Part shown: piece after piece, positions 22,203 through 33,184 of the stretch
Numbering within the stretch: position 1 is the stretch's first letter
Layout of the letters: every line of letters starts with the position of its first letter
Origin: a virus
Taxonomy: Duplodnaviria; Caudoviricetes
Virus record (IMG/VR): IMGVR_UViG_2728368993_000001
Location: 1-64,000 of that record
Direction: 5' to 3' (one strand)
DNA: 64,000 nt
Program-made: the position numbers and the translations under genes
Notes under the pieces: generated by a model
Told to the model about the DNA's origin: nothing
Seen by the model: only the letters and a program-made list of their open reading frames with translations
Database searches by the model: none

Positions 22203-22900
22203 CTAACTCATCATTCTTAATCTTTTCATACAAATCTCTACCGCAATAAGAAAGTATTTCTCGAATACCCATAAATTAATGTACGATATAACTTCGTTCA
22301 ATTTAACAGTGTAGACATTCTTTAGGTAACTTCCTTTTAGATTGTCTATTTCAATAGCAACCTCTTTTGTTATCTCAAATGCCATTTTATGATTCTCTTA
22401 TAATGGTAAATGTAGCATTTCATTATTTTCACAAAAACATTCAAGTATTCGTCCTTCACTTTTAAGTGAGATACATCATTTAAGAATTGATTTTTATCTA
22501 GAATATAAGAATTAATCAGCCACTCATGCTGTAAATTATAGACTTTAGCCCATTCTAAACTTTCTTTATTTGTTGTTCCCAACATTCTATCCAATAGTTG
22601 TCTAAAGGCTTCCATTCGTCTGTTGCAGGATAGGTATTCCAACATTTGTCTAGCAGTCTTTTTATTTGACTCTAATGTCATAGCGTATCTTTCCATAATT
22701 TCTGTTTCTCGATCAGGGAAAAGATGTTTTACTATTTTAATTAATCCGTCAAAATCTTGAATATCACGCTTAGGATCATCCAACCATTTGATGAAACCAC
22801 TTGTAGATGCATACCCAGCAAGTTTAGCAAGCTTTGATAGAATGGTTTCATCATTCGGTTGTAAATTTCTTATGTAGAGTTTCAAATCAAAGTATTTCAA
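22203..22900 (-). pseudogene. aimR: AimR-family arbitrium receptor, frameshifted and truncated
   Basis: IVKHLFPDRETEIM..Y...L....KTARQMLEY...NKESLEWAKVY resembles the SPbeta AimR N-terminus. Frameshift near 22385; C-terminal TPRs and aimP are missing. Confidence 0.78.
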
Positions 22901-23081
22901 TGCTAATCACCTCAACAAGTATATTTTCCCTACTAGTACCAAGCGTGTTCATTTCCTATGATAGTCCTTGACTGGAAGATCTGGAATGAATTTCTTATCT
23001 ATAATTAATATACCATGTATCGTAAAGTTCACCATCATTTATTATGTAAATTCATCTTTATAATTTTAATTATTTTTCTTA

Positions 23082-23291
23082 TTAAATAGCCTGTACTTTC
23101 TCCTGATATTCGTACATAATGAAGCCGTTTTGCTCAGTAAATTTTACATTATTATTAAATGCCAATATAAGATTATACTTGATTTTCCGTTTCTCTCTTT
23201 TGTTTCTAAAGGGTAATGATCCAACAGTGACACGTTTCTCTAATTTAGGCTCTAAATCATATAAGCTATATGTATATCTCGACTTCCTCAT
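23082..23291 (-). CDS. hypothetical protein
   Basis: 69-aa ORF with AAGGA RBS. Confidence 0.5.
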   Translation of the reverse strand: MRKSRYTYSLYDLEPKLEKRVTVGSLPFRNKREKRKIKYNLILAFNNNVKFTEQNGFIMYEYQEKVQAI

Positions 23292-23383
23292 TGGTATATC
23301 CTTCTAGTTTTATAAATTCACCTTCATATGTATTTTTACTGCACACTCATTAGAAGAATATGCAGCGTACTTCCTTATAAATT

Positions 23384-24076
23384 TCATGTTTTATCAAGTA
23401 CCTTCATACTAGTTATACATGCTGTACAAGTAAATCCTCTTTTGTTTTCCTTAATCAATTGAAATTCCTTATAGAATTTTTCAATTGAACATATTTTGCA
23501 ACGTTTATATATCGGGCACCTAATTGAATAATTAAATTCTGCAGAGTTTCGTTTAAGTCTTATTTTATCAATGTGCTTAGTCATTAACATTGCGGTGTGG
23601 ATTGCATCATATAAACCACTGTGGAAATTTCCTTGTACAGCGATATTTGATTGGTTTATTGCATCCTTTAGTTTCATTTGGTCTCGGTTAACAAGTACAT
23701 TGGATATATTCGGTTGAATGTCGTTATAATTTTTTAACCATTTTAAGGTGATACCTTCATTTACGCACTCATTTATTAAGAATAGCTTATCTGAATTCCC
23801 CCAGCAGCACAGATAATATTCTTCGCCTATCCAGTCAATGAATCTATATAAGGCTCTTTTAGGTGTTACAGCAGTATTTATATCTGATTCAGTCATCTTT
23901 ATCATTTTTATCGTTGCTTTTCTTATACCGATATGAGGCATAATGTATACCTGAAAAGTATCCAACACTTTCATATCTTCTAAACATACTTTAACTGCGC
24001 CTATCTCAACTATACTCGTAGTTTGACCTTTTCTAAAAGTCTTATTTAACTCTAAATCAAATATTATAGCATTCAC
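23384..24076 (-). CDS. DEDDh 3'-5' exonuclease (KapD/ERI-1-like)
   Basis: IIFDLE, EIGAV, WGNSD and HSGLYDA motifs. Confidence 0.88.
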   Translation of the reverse strand: MNAIIFDLELNKTFRKGQTTSIVEIGAVKVCLEDMKVLDTFQVYIMPHIGIRKATIKMIKMTESDINTAVTPKRALYRFIDWIGEEYYLCCWGNSDKLFLINECVNEGITLKWLKNYNDIQPNISNVLVNRDQMKLKDAINQSNIAVQGNFHSGLYDAIHTAMLMTKHIDKIRLKRNSAEFNYSIRCPIYKRCKICSIEKFYKEFQLIKENKRGFTCTACITSMKVLDKT

Positions 24077-24228
24077 TAATTAGAACTCCCCTACTTTAAT
24101 TTAAAGTAAGTATAAATAATAAGCTTATTAGCTCCATTTGTAAATAGCGCTGACCATAACTCCGAATGAAATGCCTCTTTTATTAAGAGTACATATCGTC
24201 AATTGTTTTTTGTATTTTAAGCATCCTA

Positions 24229-24954
24229 TTATAATGCAGCTAAAGATACTTCAATATGTTTCTTGTCTAGCTTTGAAGTAAATAAAGTATATTGTAGAAA
24301 ATACCCAAATAAATAGACAGGTTTTAGTAATTTTTTTAATAACTCATTCTCTAATTGGATTAGCTCATATGCGATTGTCCATGACATAATGTATAATATA
24401 AAATAGTTTATTTCTTTTGTGACGGGAATAAAAATCAACAATACAAAAATAATTACTATAAAAGATACAAAATTTGTACCACAGTTCTCATGAACTCTTG
24501 ACTGTTTCAAAGCATTTTTGACATTTAATTTTTCATTATTATCATAACAGTTTGCCACCATGTGCTCAGCAGCATGATATTTTGACAATGGAGTGAATCT
24601 TATTAATAAAGCACCGAAAATTAGGATTGATATTATTAGTTGGTAAGGTATGTTTATAACTTCATTATTAACATCATCCCGGAATATCAATAAGTATGCT
24701 ACAGTTAAAGTAATAAAAAGTATTACTGTTCTAAATATTGTTCTCAACAGCGCCCACAGCCCTCTTAAAAAAGGAATTTTACTAATAGTATAATCAATAT
24801 CGAATCCTTCATTTTCTACATATTCATACTCATCGAAAATTCCACTATCATCCACTTTAATTTTCCCTTTTACTCTTCTTGCCGTAACTACGACGTCATC
24901 AGATTGAAATGTTACTCCGTTTATCCGTGCGCTTCCTCCGTAACTCATAGACAA
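24229..24954 (-). CDS. DUF1385-family membrane protein
   Basis: GGSARINGV, YHAAEH and SRVHENCGTNF motifs. Confidence 0.8.
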   Translation of the reverse strand: MSMSYGGSARINGVTFQSDDVVVTARRVKGKIKVDDSGIFDEYEYVENEGFDIDYTISKIPFLRGLWALLRTIFRTVILFITLTVAYLLIFRDDVNNEVINIPYQLIISILIFGALLIRFTPLSKYHAAEHMVANCYDNNEKLNVKNALKQSRVHENCGTNFVSFIVIIFVLLIFIPVTKEINYFILYIMSWTIAYELIQLENELLKKLLKPVYLFGYFLQYTLFTSKLDKKHIEVSLAAL

Positions 24955-25184
24955 CTCCTATTATTCTTTTTATATCCTAGTAAATCTAAGATTTTATTGA
25001 TTGCTTTTCAGATTTAACCATGCACCAAAATCAGCAAAAGGTGCTTCACAACTAATTTCTACCTTGTTAGTCTCATCAAAAGTTAAATATATAGTCTCTA
25101 TTTCATTACCGTTATAAGTAAACTCTACATTAGTTAGTTTTTTATTAATATTATCCAAAAGAAGATTATTCATAACGCCCCTCC

Positions 25185-25430
25185 TTATCCTAAACTTTTT
25201 TGCTTAACCTGTTCGAAGAATTCCTTTAGAAGTAAAATTTCTTCAGGTGAGATTCCACTGTCTTCGAACATATCAATTTCAGGTTGCCACTTTGCAAAAA
25301 TCTCATTACCATAATTAAATATATCAACGTTTATAATGTCACAAAATTGATAAAGTCGCTTTAGGTTAATCGGTTTCTTTCCACTCTCAATCTTGGACAT
25401 AAAACTATTAGTGTCACCAAGTTTTTCAAA
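25185..25430 (-). pseudogene. XRE-family HTH fragment
   Basis: KLGDTNSFMSKIESGKKPINL; N-terminus missing. Confidence 0.6.
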
Positions 25431-26418
25431 TGACTCTTTTGTGTGATATTTAGTTGTTTTCTTCTTTCTTGAATAATAAGGTGAATATCTTTCATAGGTT
25501 TTTCTCCCTAGAATATTTTATATAATCTTCATATATCAGTTCTTTTCACCATCACCACTACACTTTGAATATTCAGCAGTATTTCATTCCACAAGCTTCA
25601 TTAGTGGTTCGAAATCACCTTCATATAACGTAACTTTAGTATTTTCATTAGTTAAAAGCCGTATTCATTTCTTGGATATTCCTCAATCACTTCAGCAACC
25701 TGCCCTTTTAAGTTAAAACTATCACGAGTAATGACAACTTTATTCGATCTTTTCAACGGATTCACCCCTTCCTTACGAAACAACCATTTTTTTAATCCCA
25801 CTCATTAGGAGACATTGCAATATTTTCGTCTGCAAAAATTTCATTGAAAAGAAATTCATAACCGCTACCAAACTTATATGGCTCAACAGTTGCATTATGA
25901 AAAGAAATTCCAAGCCTCTTTTCAATATCATCAACAGACAATTCAGTATCAACTTGTAAGTGTGCTCGTTTACCTTCATAAAAAATTACTGTTGCATAAT
26001 CGAATACATCACTTGCTTCATAATTAAAACTATCAGCATTAACTATTGACCCGTCCTTTAACTGATACTTACCGTTTGGATATTGAATAAATGATTCTTC
26101 GTCAATGTTCAGAATGTAACTTTATTCCAATTTTTTAATTTCATCTCTTACCAGATTTTTAATACTTTCTAAATAACTAGATAAACTATTTCTAGTAAAC
26201 AGCAAGTCAGGATTATATTGCACAACACGTATCCTTTTATTTCCAATTAAGTCAAATTGATTAATATATTCAAACTGACATTAATAAGCTATTAACTTTC
26301 CTAACCTTCCTATATTGTACTCCATCTCTCACATCAATCTCTACAAAATTACTGAATATTTCGCCTATTTGTTTAGTCACTGTTCTGATGTCACCTTCTA
26401 AATAACCATTAATAAACT

Positions 26419-26892
26419 CTATAGCTTCACATTCTGTCTTAATTGTTTCAATCGGCTTTTAATTTTATACATTACTCTGTCATATGCATATTTAAATGAC
26501 GGCTCAGCTCGATTGGAATATCCCTCTGATTCTAATAACTCGCAAATATGTTTACGTGATATTAAGAATTCACACCGGATGAGATACGGCATCTTTTCAA
26601 GTTTGTCAAAATCGTAATGGCCTCCATTTCTATTTTCAATTACTTCTTCTTGAAAGAACTCTATATCAAACCCTGCTGGATAAATATGAGATTTGAACTG
26701 TAATTGCCCCTTAATACCTTCCCAATGTGTATCCGCTAAAATTGGACTTTCCCTCAAAATACGTTGGTCTGTTTGAATTTTGAATCCCCTCTCTTCAAGT
26801 AATCCAAACACTTTATTTAGAAGACTTTTTTCACCGTTCGAAACTGTAATATTCGTACTATTTTCATCAGTATAATAAGTTTTTATATCCAT
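26419..26892 (-). CDS. phage hypothetical protein (probably truncated)
   Basis: AAAGGAG RBS; NRNGGHYDFDKLEKMPYL. Confidence 0.6.
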   Translation of the reverse strand: MDIKTYYTDENSTNITVSNGEKSLLNKVFGLLEERGFKIQTDQRILRESPILADTHWEGIKGQLQFKSHIYPAGFDIEFFQEEVIENRNGGHYDFDKLEKMPYLIRCEFLISRKHICELLESEGYSNRAEPSFKYAYDRVMYKIKSRLKQLRQNVKL

Positions 26893-26981
26893 ATTTATCT
26901 CCTTTCTCTACCGTACAATTTATTTCTAAATTCTATGAAAATCGTGATTTAATTGTAATTTTATCTATTTCAATATATGTG

Positions 26982-27296
26982 TTAGTCAAATTTAACAGTT
27001 GTTCCAATTAGTTTTATCATTCTCTCAAAATCAGTCTTATTAGCTGCTGTTATTTCCTTATACGGATGTTCCACATATCCAATTACACCTTTCCTACTCA
27101 GTAACATTGAATATGGTCTATTGATATCTCGACCTTTGCACATCTTACCCTTGTCATCTTCGTATACATAATCATCACGTTCAATCACATCTATTCGTAT
27201 TTCGTGAGGCCTTTTGATTGTCTTTGTCTCTATTTTCCCAGTATGTACATGAGGAGCTAAATGCTCCTCTAATTCGTCTACAGTCATTACTATCAT
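26982..27296 (-). CDS. phage hypothetical protein
   Basis: 104 aa, AAAGGA RBS. Confidence 0.55.
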   Translation of the reverse strand: MIVMTVDELEEHLAPHVHTGKIETKTIKRPHEIRIDVIERDDYVYEDDKGKMCKGRDINRPYSMLLSRKGVIGYVEHPYKEITAANKTDFERMIKLIGTTVKFD

Positions 27297-27984
27297 GATT
27301 AATAATCCTTTCTGTTATATAATTTCACTTTCAAACCGAATTTGTTTATTCACAAGTTCTTCTTCTAATACTAGTCGTGTAATCCAAGAAGCTTCAACTA
27401 TACTCTTGTTCTTCCCGTTCTCTACCCACTTAATTAGATACATACCCTTCAACCTCCAAACTTCTGTAGTGATTTTCAATTCTCATTTGTAGTTCAATAT
27501 CCATATTAGCCAAGTTGTATTTCGCGAGTATATTAAACGCTTCATTTAATAAATTTATGTTCTTAGTCATTTTATGCACTCTTCTTATTGTGTTGTTACT
27601 TCTTATTTTCATTACATGATCTCACACTATAAATTATGTAAAGTTACCTTTAAACTAATGAAACAATTACCTCAAACAATTCCAGATTATCATTCTCCCT
27701 CTTTATTGCCATTGCTTCATCTTCAGGGAATACATGAGCACGATCATAGTGTTATTTGCTTTCAGAAACACTTGTACCCGGTTAACTTAGTTGAAACAGC
27801 GTCTAAAATTACGTATTTTTTCATATTAAATTCTCCCCTTTATTAATTAGATTTTATATTGTCATTGAGTGAAGATATAAAGCTATCTAATTTATATCGT
27901 AAATAATCTTCATATCTTCACTAATGCCTCACCAATCGGGTTAGCGATTCAATAAATTCAAAAGCTGTGTATCTATCTAACTTC

Positions 27985-28173
27985 TCAAACAACTACTACA
28001 TTGACCTCAATCAATTCCATGTTATCATCATGTTCTATTATATTGAATGCCTCTACTTCAGGGTATACGTGAGCATAGTCAAAGTTCAAAGTTTGTGTTT
28101 TATCTGCTTTTAGGAATACTTGCCTCCCTGTGATTTGACTCGAATTATTATCTTTAATTATGTATTTCCTCAT
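27985..28173 (-). CDS. phage hypothetical protein
   Basis: 62 aa, AAGGAG RBS. Confidence 0.5.
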   Translation of the reverse strand: MRKYIIKDNNSSQITGRQVFLKADKTQTLNFDYAHVYPEVEAFNIIEHDDNMELIEVNVVVV

Positions 28174-28431
28174 GTTAGATTTCTCCTTTAATCAAATTGT
28201 TGGATTTTGTATATTTATGTCGACACCAATATAATACCATAGCACCATGAGCATTTTCTAGTACTAAATCTGATTATTTATAATAATTAGTAATTTAAAG
28301 TAATATTAAAGTATACTGAATGTAACCACAACTTATTTTTTGAATAGTTCTTTTAATAAATTTATCTTTAAAGTAGTTATTTTATTGCTTATAATTTTCG
28401 AATTGCATACTAAACAACTTTAACCGACTGT

Positions 28432-28581
28432 CATGACCTGTATAGTTTTCATCAAGATATTTTTTCATTTCTTTTGAAATGTCCAGAACGATGTTTTTTT
28501 CTTGCAGTCCGTTTGCTACCCCAGCCGAATCTTTCCCGCCATGTCCTGGATCAAATTTTTTTTACCATCGTTATCACCTCA
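28432..28581 (-). pseudogene. endolysin 5' fragment (degenerate copy of the 4560-4712 region)
   Basis: Near-identical DNA to the start of the amidase at 3912-4712; truncated. Confidence 0.8.
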
Positions 28582-28625
28582 TATTCTTATTTATATGAAC
28601 AAAAAAAGCCATCCGTGTGGACAGC

Positions 28626-29022
28626 TTATTTTGCTTTTCCTTTTAAAACAAGAACTGCATTTTTAATTTGCGATGGAACCGGTAATCCTGTTCTACCTGC
28701 ATTTTCTAAAATTGATAAAAGTTCATTCGCTAAATAAAAGTAAATGGCTACGTCTCTAATAAGATGATTCTCACCAATTGCCGTATCAATTAAATGAGCG
28801 ACAGCGACAATTGCGAATATCATCACTTTCTTTGCAATACCCCTAAATCCAATCTTGCTTGAAAGTTTGCCTTCATACGCTGATGCAAGCAATCCTGTCA
28901 TATAATCGATTGCCACAAATACCAATAGAATTTGAAACAAAGTACCCCCTCCCGAATAAATAGCCCGTAACGCCTCCTGCTAATGTGGCTGCTACTTTGA
29001 AAAATACGTCTAATCTCTCCAT
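28626..29022 (-). pseudogene. phage holin (Phage_holin_4_1-like), frameshifted near the 5' end
   Basis: IDYMTGLLAS...SSKIGFRGIAKK...NELLSILEN; paralog of 38677-39075. Confidence 0.85.
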
Positions 29023-29080
29023 CGTTTCTCCCCTTTACATATAATAAAAAGCCGCCCGATTGGACGACTTTTTTATTTCC

Positions 29081-29959
29081 TTATTTGATAAAGTCAATAA
29101 TATACTGCCCTTTGCTTGAACCGTCTTGGGCGATCACGTCTATCCATGATACATAGACATTAGATATTAAACTTGAATCGGAATACTCATAATTATCATC
29201 GCCTATATTATACATAAATTCATAACTTTGGGTTGTTCCGTTTTTAGAATTAATAGCTGCTTTAATATCACTGACTTTTGCAGTAGATTTGACTGAAATG
29301 AAACCAATTGAATTGTTCACACTGACTACATTTTTGTCTTTAGTTATTATTCTACTTTCAGAATTTACTGGTGCAAGAACTCGTACACTTTCCCTCTTTC
29401 CGGGTTCTGTTAAAGTCACAAATACGTTTGATAATGATGATACATCTGATAGAGAAATAGCAGCTCTGTATATTACCTCGCCGTTCTCATTTAATACCGG
29501 ACCACGTCCATTTTCATCATCATATGATTCAGAAACCTTCTGACCTAAAATATTACCACCGTTTTCCATAGCATATAATTTCACTGTGAACCCCTGTGGA
29601 GCGTAAACGAAAATCTCATCCGTACCTACAGTATTTAATACTAAGATATCTCCTGAGGAAGGATTAGTTAATGGCAGAGTTACTGTGACAGTAAAAAACA
29701 TATCCACAGTTCCGCCATGATTATCATTTGCAGTGACAGTTATTGTTGTAGACCCTGCGGAAAATCCACTAATTTCCATGTCATAACCATTGCTAGATAA
29801 AGAAGCAATTGCAACTGATGGATCACTTGATTCAAACTTGTACGTTAATGCGTCACCATCAACATCCTCGAATCGGTTGCCTAGTGATGGATATGTTAAT
29901 TCCCCGACATTCAAGGTCGCTCCTTCATACTGACTTATAATAGCTGGTGCATGATTGCT
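29081..29959 (-). CDS. headless 3' exon 1: cadherin-like/Ig surface-protein domains (292 aa starting SNHAPAII)
   Basis: The open frame starts exactly at the predicted 3' splice site. NHAP...FEDVDGDALTY...GSTTITVTANDNHGG is a cadherin/Ig-like signature. No RBS or start codon at its 5' end. Confidence 0.75.
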   Translation of the reverse strand, partial: SNHAPAIISQYEGATLNVGELTYPSLGNRFEDVDGDALTYKFESSDPSVAIASLSSNGYDMEISGFSAGSTTITVTANDNHGGTVDMFFTVTVTLPLTNPSSGDILVLNTVGTDEIFVYAPQGFTVKLYAMENGGNILGQKVSESYDDENGRGPVLNENGEVIYRAAISLSDVSSLSNVFVTLTEPGKRESVRVLAPVNSESRIITKDKNVVSVNNSIGFISVKSTAKVSDIKAAINSKNGTTQSYEFMYNIGDDNYEYSDSSLISNVYVSWIDVIAQDGSSKGQYIIDFIK

Positions 29960-30064
29960 ATTCTCGTCTTATACCCAAAGGCTTTATAACGAGCCCTCAC
30001 CGTGCAGGCGACTTTCATCGCACACGGCGATCCGTCAATAATAGTACTTTTTGCTTATTTCCCC
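29960..30064 (-). ncRNA. group II intron 3' fragment (leader + D5 + D6), cassette 1
   Basis: D5 29997-30030 TCGCCGTGTGCGATGAAAGTCGCCTGCACGGTGA; D6 CTCGTTATA...TATAAGACGAG; ends AAT. Confidence 0.9.
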
Positions 30065-30071
30065 AAAATTA

Positions 30072-30099
30072 ATTATAAAGAGAAATAAAAAAATGTCAC
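30072..30099 (-). promoter_or_regulatory. sigma-A promoter of cassette 1
   Basis: GTGACA-N16-TATAAT, 7 nt before GGGGAAATAAG. Confidence 0.7.
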
Positions 30100-30135
30100 T
30101 CTTTATTTTCTGAAACTTTCAACAAATTAAAAAGC

Positions 30136-30268
30136 CTACACTGTGTACGCTTTGCCTGTAATAACCCCATATTCATCTTCATTAATCCAATCCAGCCTGG
30201 ACAAATACTTTCATCTGATTGTCCGTATATTTGCCCATATCATAATATCGTTTAATTGAGTTATACAT
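30136..30268 (-). pseudogene. XkdX-family small phage protein, frameshifted
   Basis: MYNSIKRYYDMGKYTDNQMKVFVQAG/WINEDEYGVITGKAY. Confidence 0.75.
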
Positions 30269-30500
30269 TTGCGTTCGCCTCCATCATTACTAGTCTAAAT
30301 AAGAGCTCCGCATTTTCATCTTGCAATGACATAATCGCCATATCTTGCATTGCCGTTTGAAACAACATAGCTGCACTATCATCCAGTAAAGGAAGAATAG
30401 GTGATTTAGCTTTTTCTTCTTCATTTCGGGCTTGAAGTTCTTCTTCGGTGATTATCCCATCGCCAATTAGTTTCTCGATAACCCGTTCAATAAATGACAT
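30261..30500 (-). CDS. phage tail-associated small protein
   Basis: Lies between the tail gene remnant and the xkdX-like gene. Confidence 0.6.
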   Translation of the reverse strand: MSFIERVIEKLIGDGIITEEELQARNEEEKAKSPILPLLDDSAAMLFQTAMQDMAIMSLQDENAELLFRLVMMEANANV

Positions 30501-30504
30501 TTTT

Positions 30505-32140
30505 TCACACTCCTAATCCTTTTATTTTGACGTACAACTCAATGATAGATTTGACGTTGACACTTACTGTTGCCACCACATCGTTAAATGCGGACTTAAA
30601 CGATCCCTCCCAACTCACAGGAACACTCACTGGATTCACCGTATACTTTTCTTTGTCGGCGATGTAGGTTACGGTGTACTCGGCTGTTGAGTCGAATAAA
30701 CTGCTGACAGCAACTAATCTTTCATTTCCGTAGGCAGTAGAATCAGATACTTTCGCCCACCCATCATTAGAACTGGCAGTAAAATTAACAATTGGGTTAC
30801 CGTTTTTATATAAGCATAGAATTTTTAATGCTCTTTTTTGTAAAGAGCTGCCATCAACAGTGGTCTTATTTATATTATAATAGCCTCCCGACATAATGGG
30901 GTTTGTCTTCTCCCGCACAATATCACCCTCGACTAAGTGGTTAATGACTTCCGTAACAGGAGTAGCCATCACGTATGAAAGCTTATAAGACGTGTAGTTC
31001 GGTGCTAGATTAGCTTTTGTATATGCAAGGGTTTGCGTTGGAGCATCTGAACCGTCTAATGGATTTCCATGCAGTAGGCTTACTTACCCCGTCTGCCGTT
31101 TTGACTTGCCAGCCGTTAAACTAACTCTTAATTTCGTCTGGTGTTGGATTATAGGCTTCTACGAATCCTGAGTCAGTGTTGGATAGTGATATTACAATGA
31201 AGTTGTTACTGAATCCATACATGTCCGGCTGAATTCTATTATTATCTTCCAATAGCTTGCTACCGTTATATTTAATCAATCTAGAAGCAATAGAATTAAA
31301 TCCAATTAAATACTGAAGATTTTTATATCCTGTTTTTGTGGAGGTTAATCTCCACGCCAAACTCCCATCCAAAACTAAATCCGCAATCTCTTTCCGCAAA
31401 ATCCAATTCCCATCCTGTTTAAGTAAACTATCTTTTTTATCGCCAATTTATCCTAGTTTGACGTTAGCGAATAGGTAAGATGGATTTTTTGGTACATATG
31501 GTTTTGCTTTGTCGCCTAGTGTTAGCACATAATATTTGTGTATGTTTTCTTTTGTAAAGTTGCGGTACTGTTTATTGCGTAGATATAGAATAAAATTTTG
31601 TTCTCATTACCTGTATTGAATGTTTTAGTTTGTGACCCTATGCCGTCATAAGATGCTAAACCATTGCTGTCACTTCCTCTTCTAACGCTAATTCTAAGTG
31701 CGTCTACACCAGAAGTATTATCTGCTTCCCAACTTAATGTATAGTCTGTATTTGTTTTAACTTTATAGCGCTCGGAAATTATATATTTTGATAAACCATT
31801 ACCCTCTATGACCAATTTTGTAGGTGTTTGTTCTACAATTGTTGCGGAGAACGGTGTTAAAGGACTTATATGGTCAAACAAATTCACACCTTCTGCCATC
31901 ACGGAAACGCCCTGTAAATCTTGCTTACCCTGTACACGAGGATATCTCGATAAAACAGTATTTTCATCGTAATTTACAAGTATTTTGTCATATTCGGTTT
32001 TGCCGACTTCAAAAAGTGGCAGCCGTGGATCGTGTAAGATTACTTCGGGCTTGAGTTCGATTTCGAGCTCAACATAGTCGGTTGATATCGTAGATGGGAC
32101 AACCACCCTAGGACTACTTTCCCCTGTTGGTTCAGCGTAA
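30505..32140 (-). pseudogene. fragmented phage tail/minor structural gene
   Basis: Three collinear ORF pieces (31522-32106, 31121-31399, 30505-30972) with tail-like motifs (GVNLFD, SNTDSGF...PTPDEIK). Confidence 0.7.
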
Positions 32141-32148
32141 GCTAGGAT

Positions 32149-32651
32149 GTGGACTTGAAAGAAAAAACAATCAATATTAATAAGTCACTTGATTTCCAAG
32201 TAGCATCTAAAAACCCTGACGAAATGTTTGGAGACGTTAAAACTTACCATTCTAAACGAACCATCACAATTAGTCAGGGACTTGCTAATGATCTGCATTT
32301 CCACAAGAAATATCAGAATCAAAACAAAACCGCACTAAATGATAACTATCATTTTGAATATAATCTTTTTCTTTGTCGGAATGACGGAGATTACATGCCA
32401 AAATCAAGTCTGTTTAATTCCTTTGCCCGAATATTAAAAAGGACTGGTCTCCCTAACTTACCAATTCATTCATTAAGACACACGCATGCCGTATTACAAT
32501 TGGAAGCCGGAGCTAGCACGAAATAGTTACAAGAGCGTTTAGGCCACGGAAGTATGCAAATAACTTCTGATGTCTATTCACACATTAGTAAAAGTATCGA
32601 TTTTGAAACTATGAATAGATTTGAGGAACATTTGAAAAATGTCCTTGAATA
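32149..32651 (+). pseudogene. tyrosine integrase C-terminal half with internal stop
   Basis: HSLRHTHA...K*LQERLGH...YSH...KNVLE. Confidence 0.9.
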
Positions 32652-32768
32652 ATTTTTTTAAAGCAAAACCGGGCAAAAATCGGGCAATCACAAAAATAGG
32701 CGGAAAACTATTTAATTGCCCGATGTAAAAAAAAGCCCCGATACTAGCCGTATCAGGACTTTTACCTA

Positions 32769-32828
32769 TTAATACATGTTCATGTATTGTTCGCGTTCCC
32801 ATGGGTGAACTTGCGTGCGGAACATATC
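32769..32828 (-). repeat. displaced copy of glnA 3' end (att site)
   Basis: Encodes [19 protein letters not shown]; GGGCAA repeats lie to the left and GTGGTCA repeats at 32938-32955. Confidence 0.95.
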
Positions 32829-33184
32829 TTCGACTTTCACAGAATTTCATAATGGTACATAATTACTTATTTATCGTGATTTATAAAACCTATTTACATC
32901 CTTCATTCATTCTAATTCAACTATAAACTTTTATTTGGTGGTCAGATAGTGGTCAATTATACTCCATTCCCGATTTCCTTTAAAGTTCATTTGTAAAAAG
33001 GCCTTGTAATCAATTGGATATTCCACAATCGCGCCCTATAATTGAATAACGGAAGCTGCAATCTCTTCAATAGAATCATGATATTTTAGAATTTGAGAGT
33101 AATCTACATATATCAATGAATTTGATATCTTAGATTTTTATTCTCGCTTTTTGGCGAACTACTCTCTATTTTTATATCATGCAA

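Larger units (their letters stand above)
12492..32768. mobile_element. mosaic decayed element: SPbeta-like segment plus siphophage tail/lysis/integrase remnant
   Basis: Bounded by two glnA-tail copies; gene content as listed. Confidence 0.8.

Noticed and set aside
32578-32850. 90-aa ORF spanning the att site
   Set aside because: Spurious frame across the glnA tail copy and antisense to the integrase end
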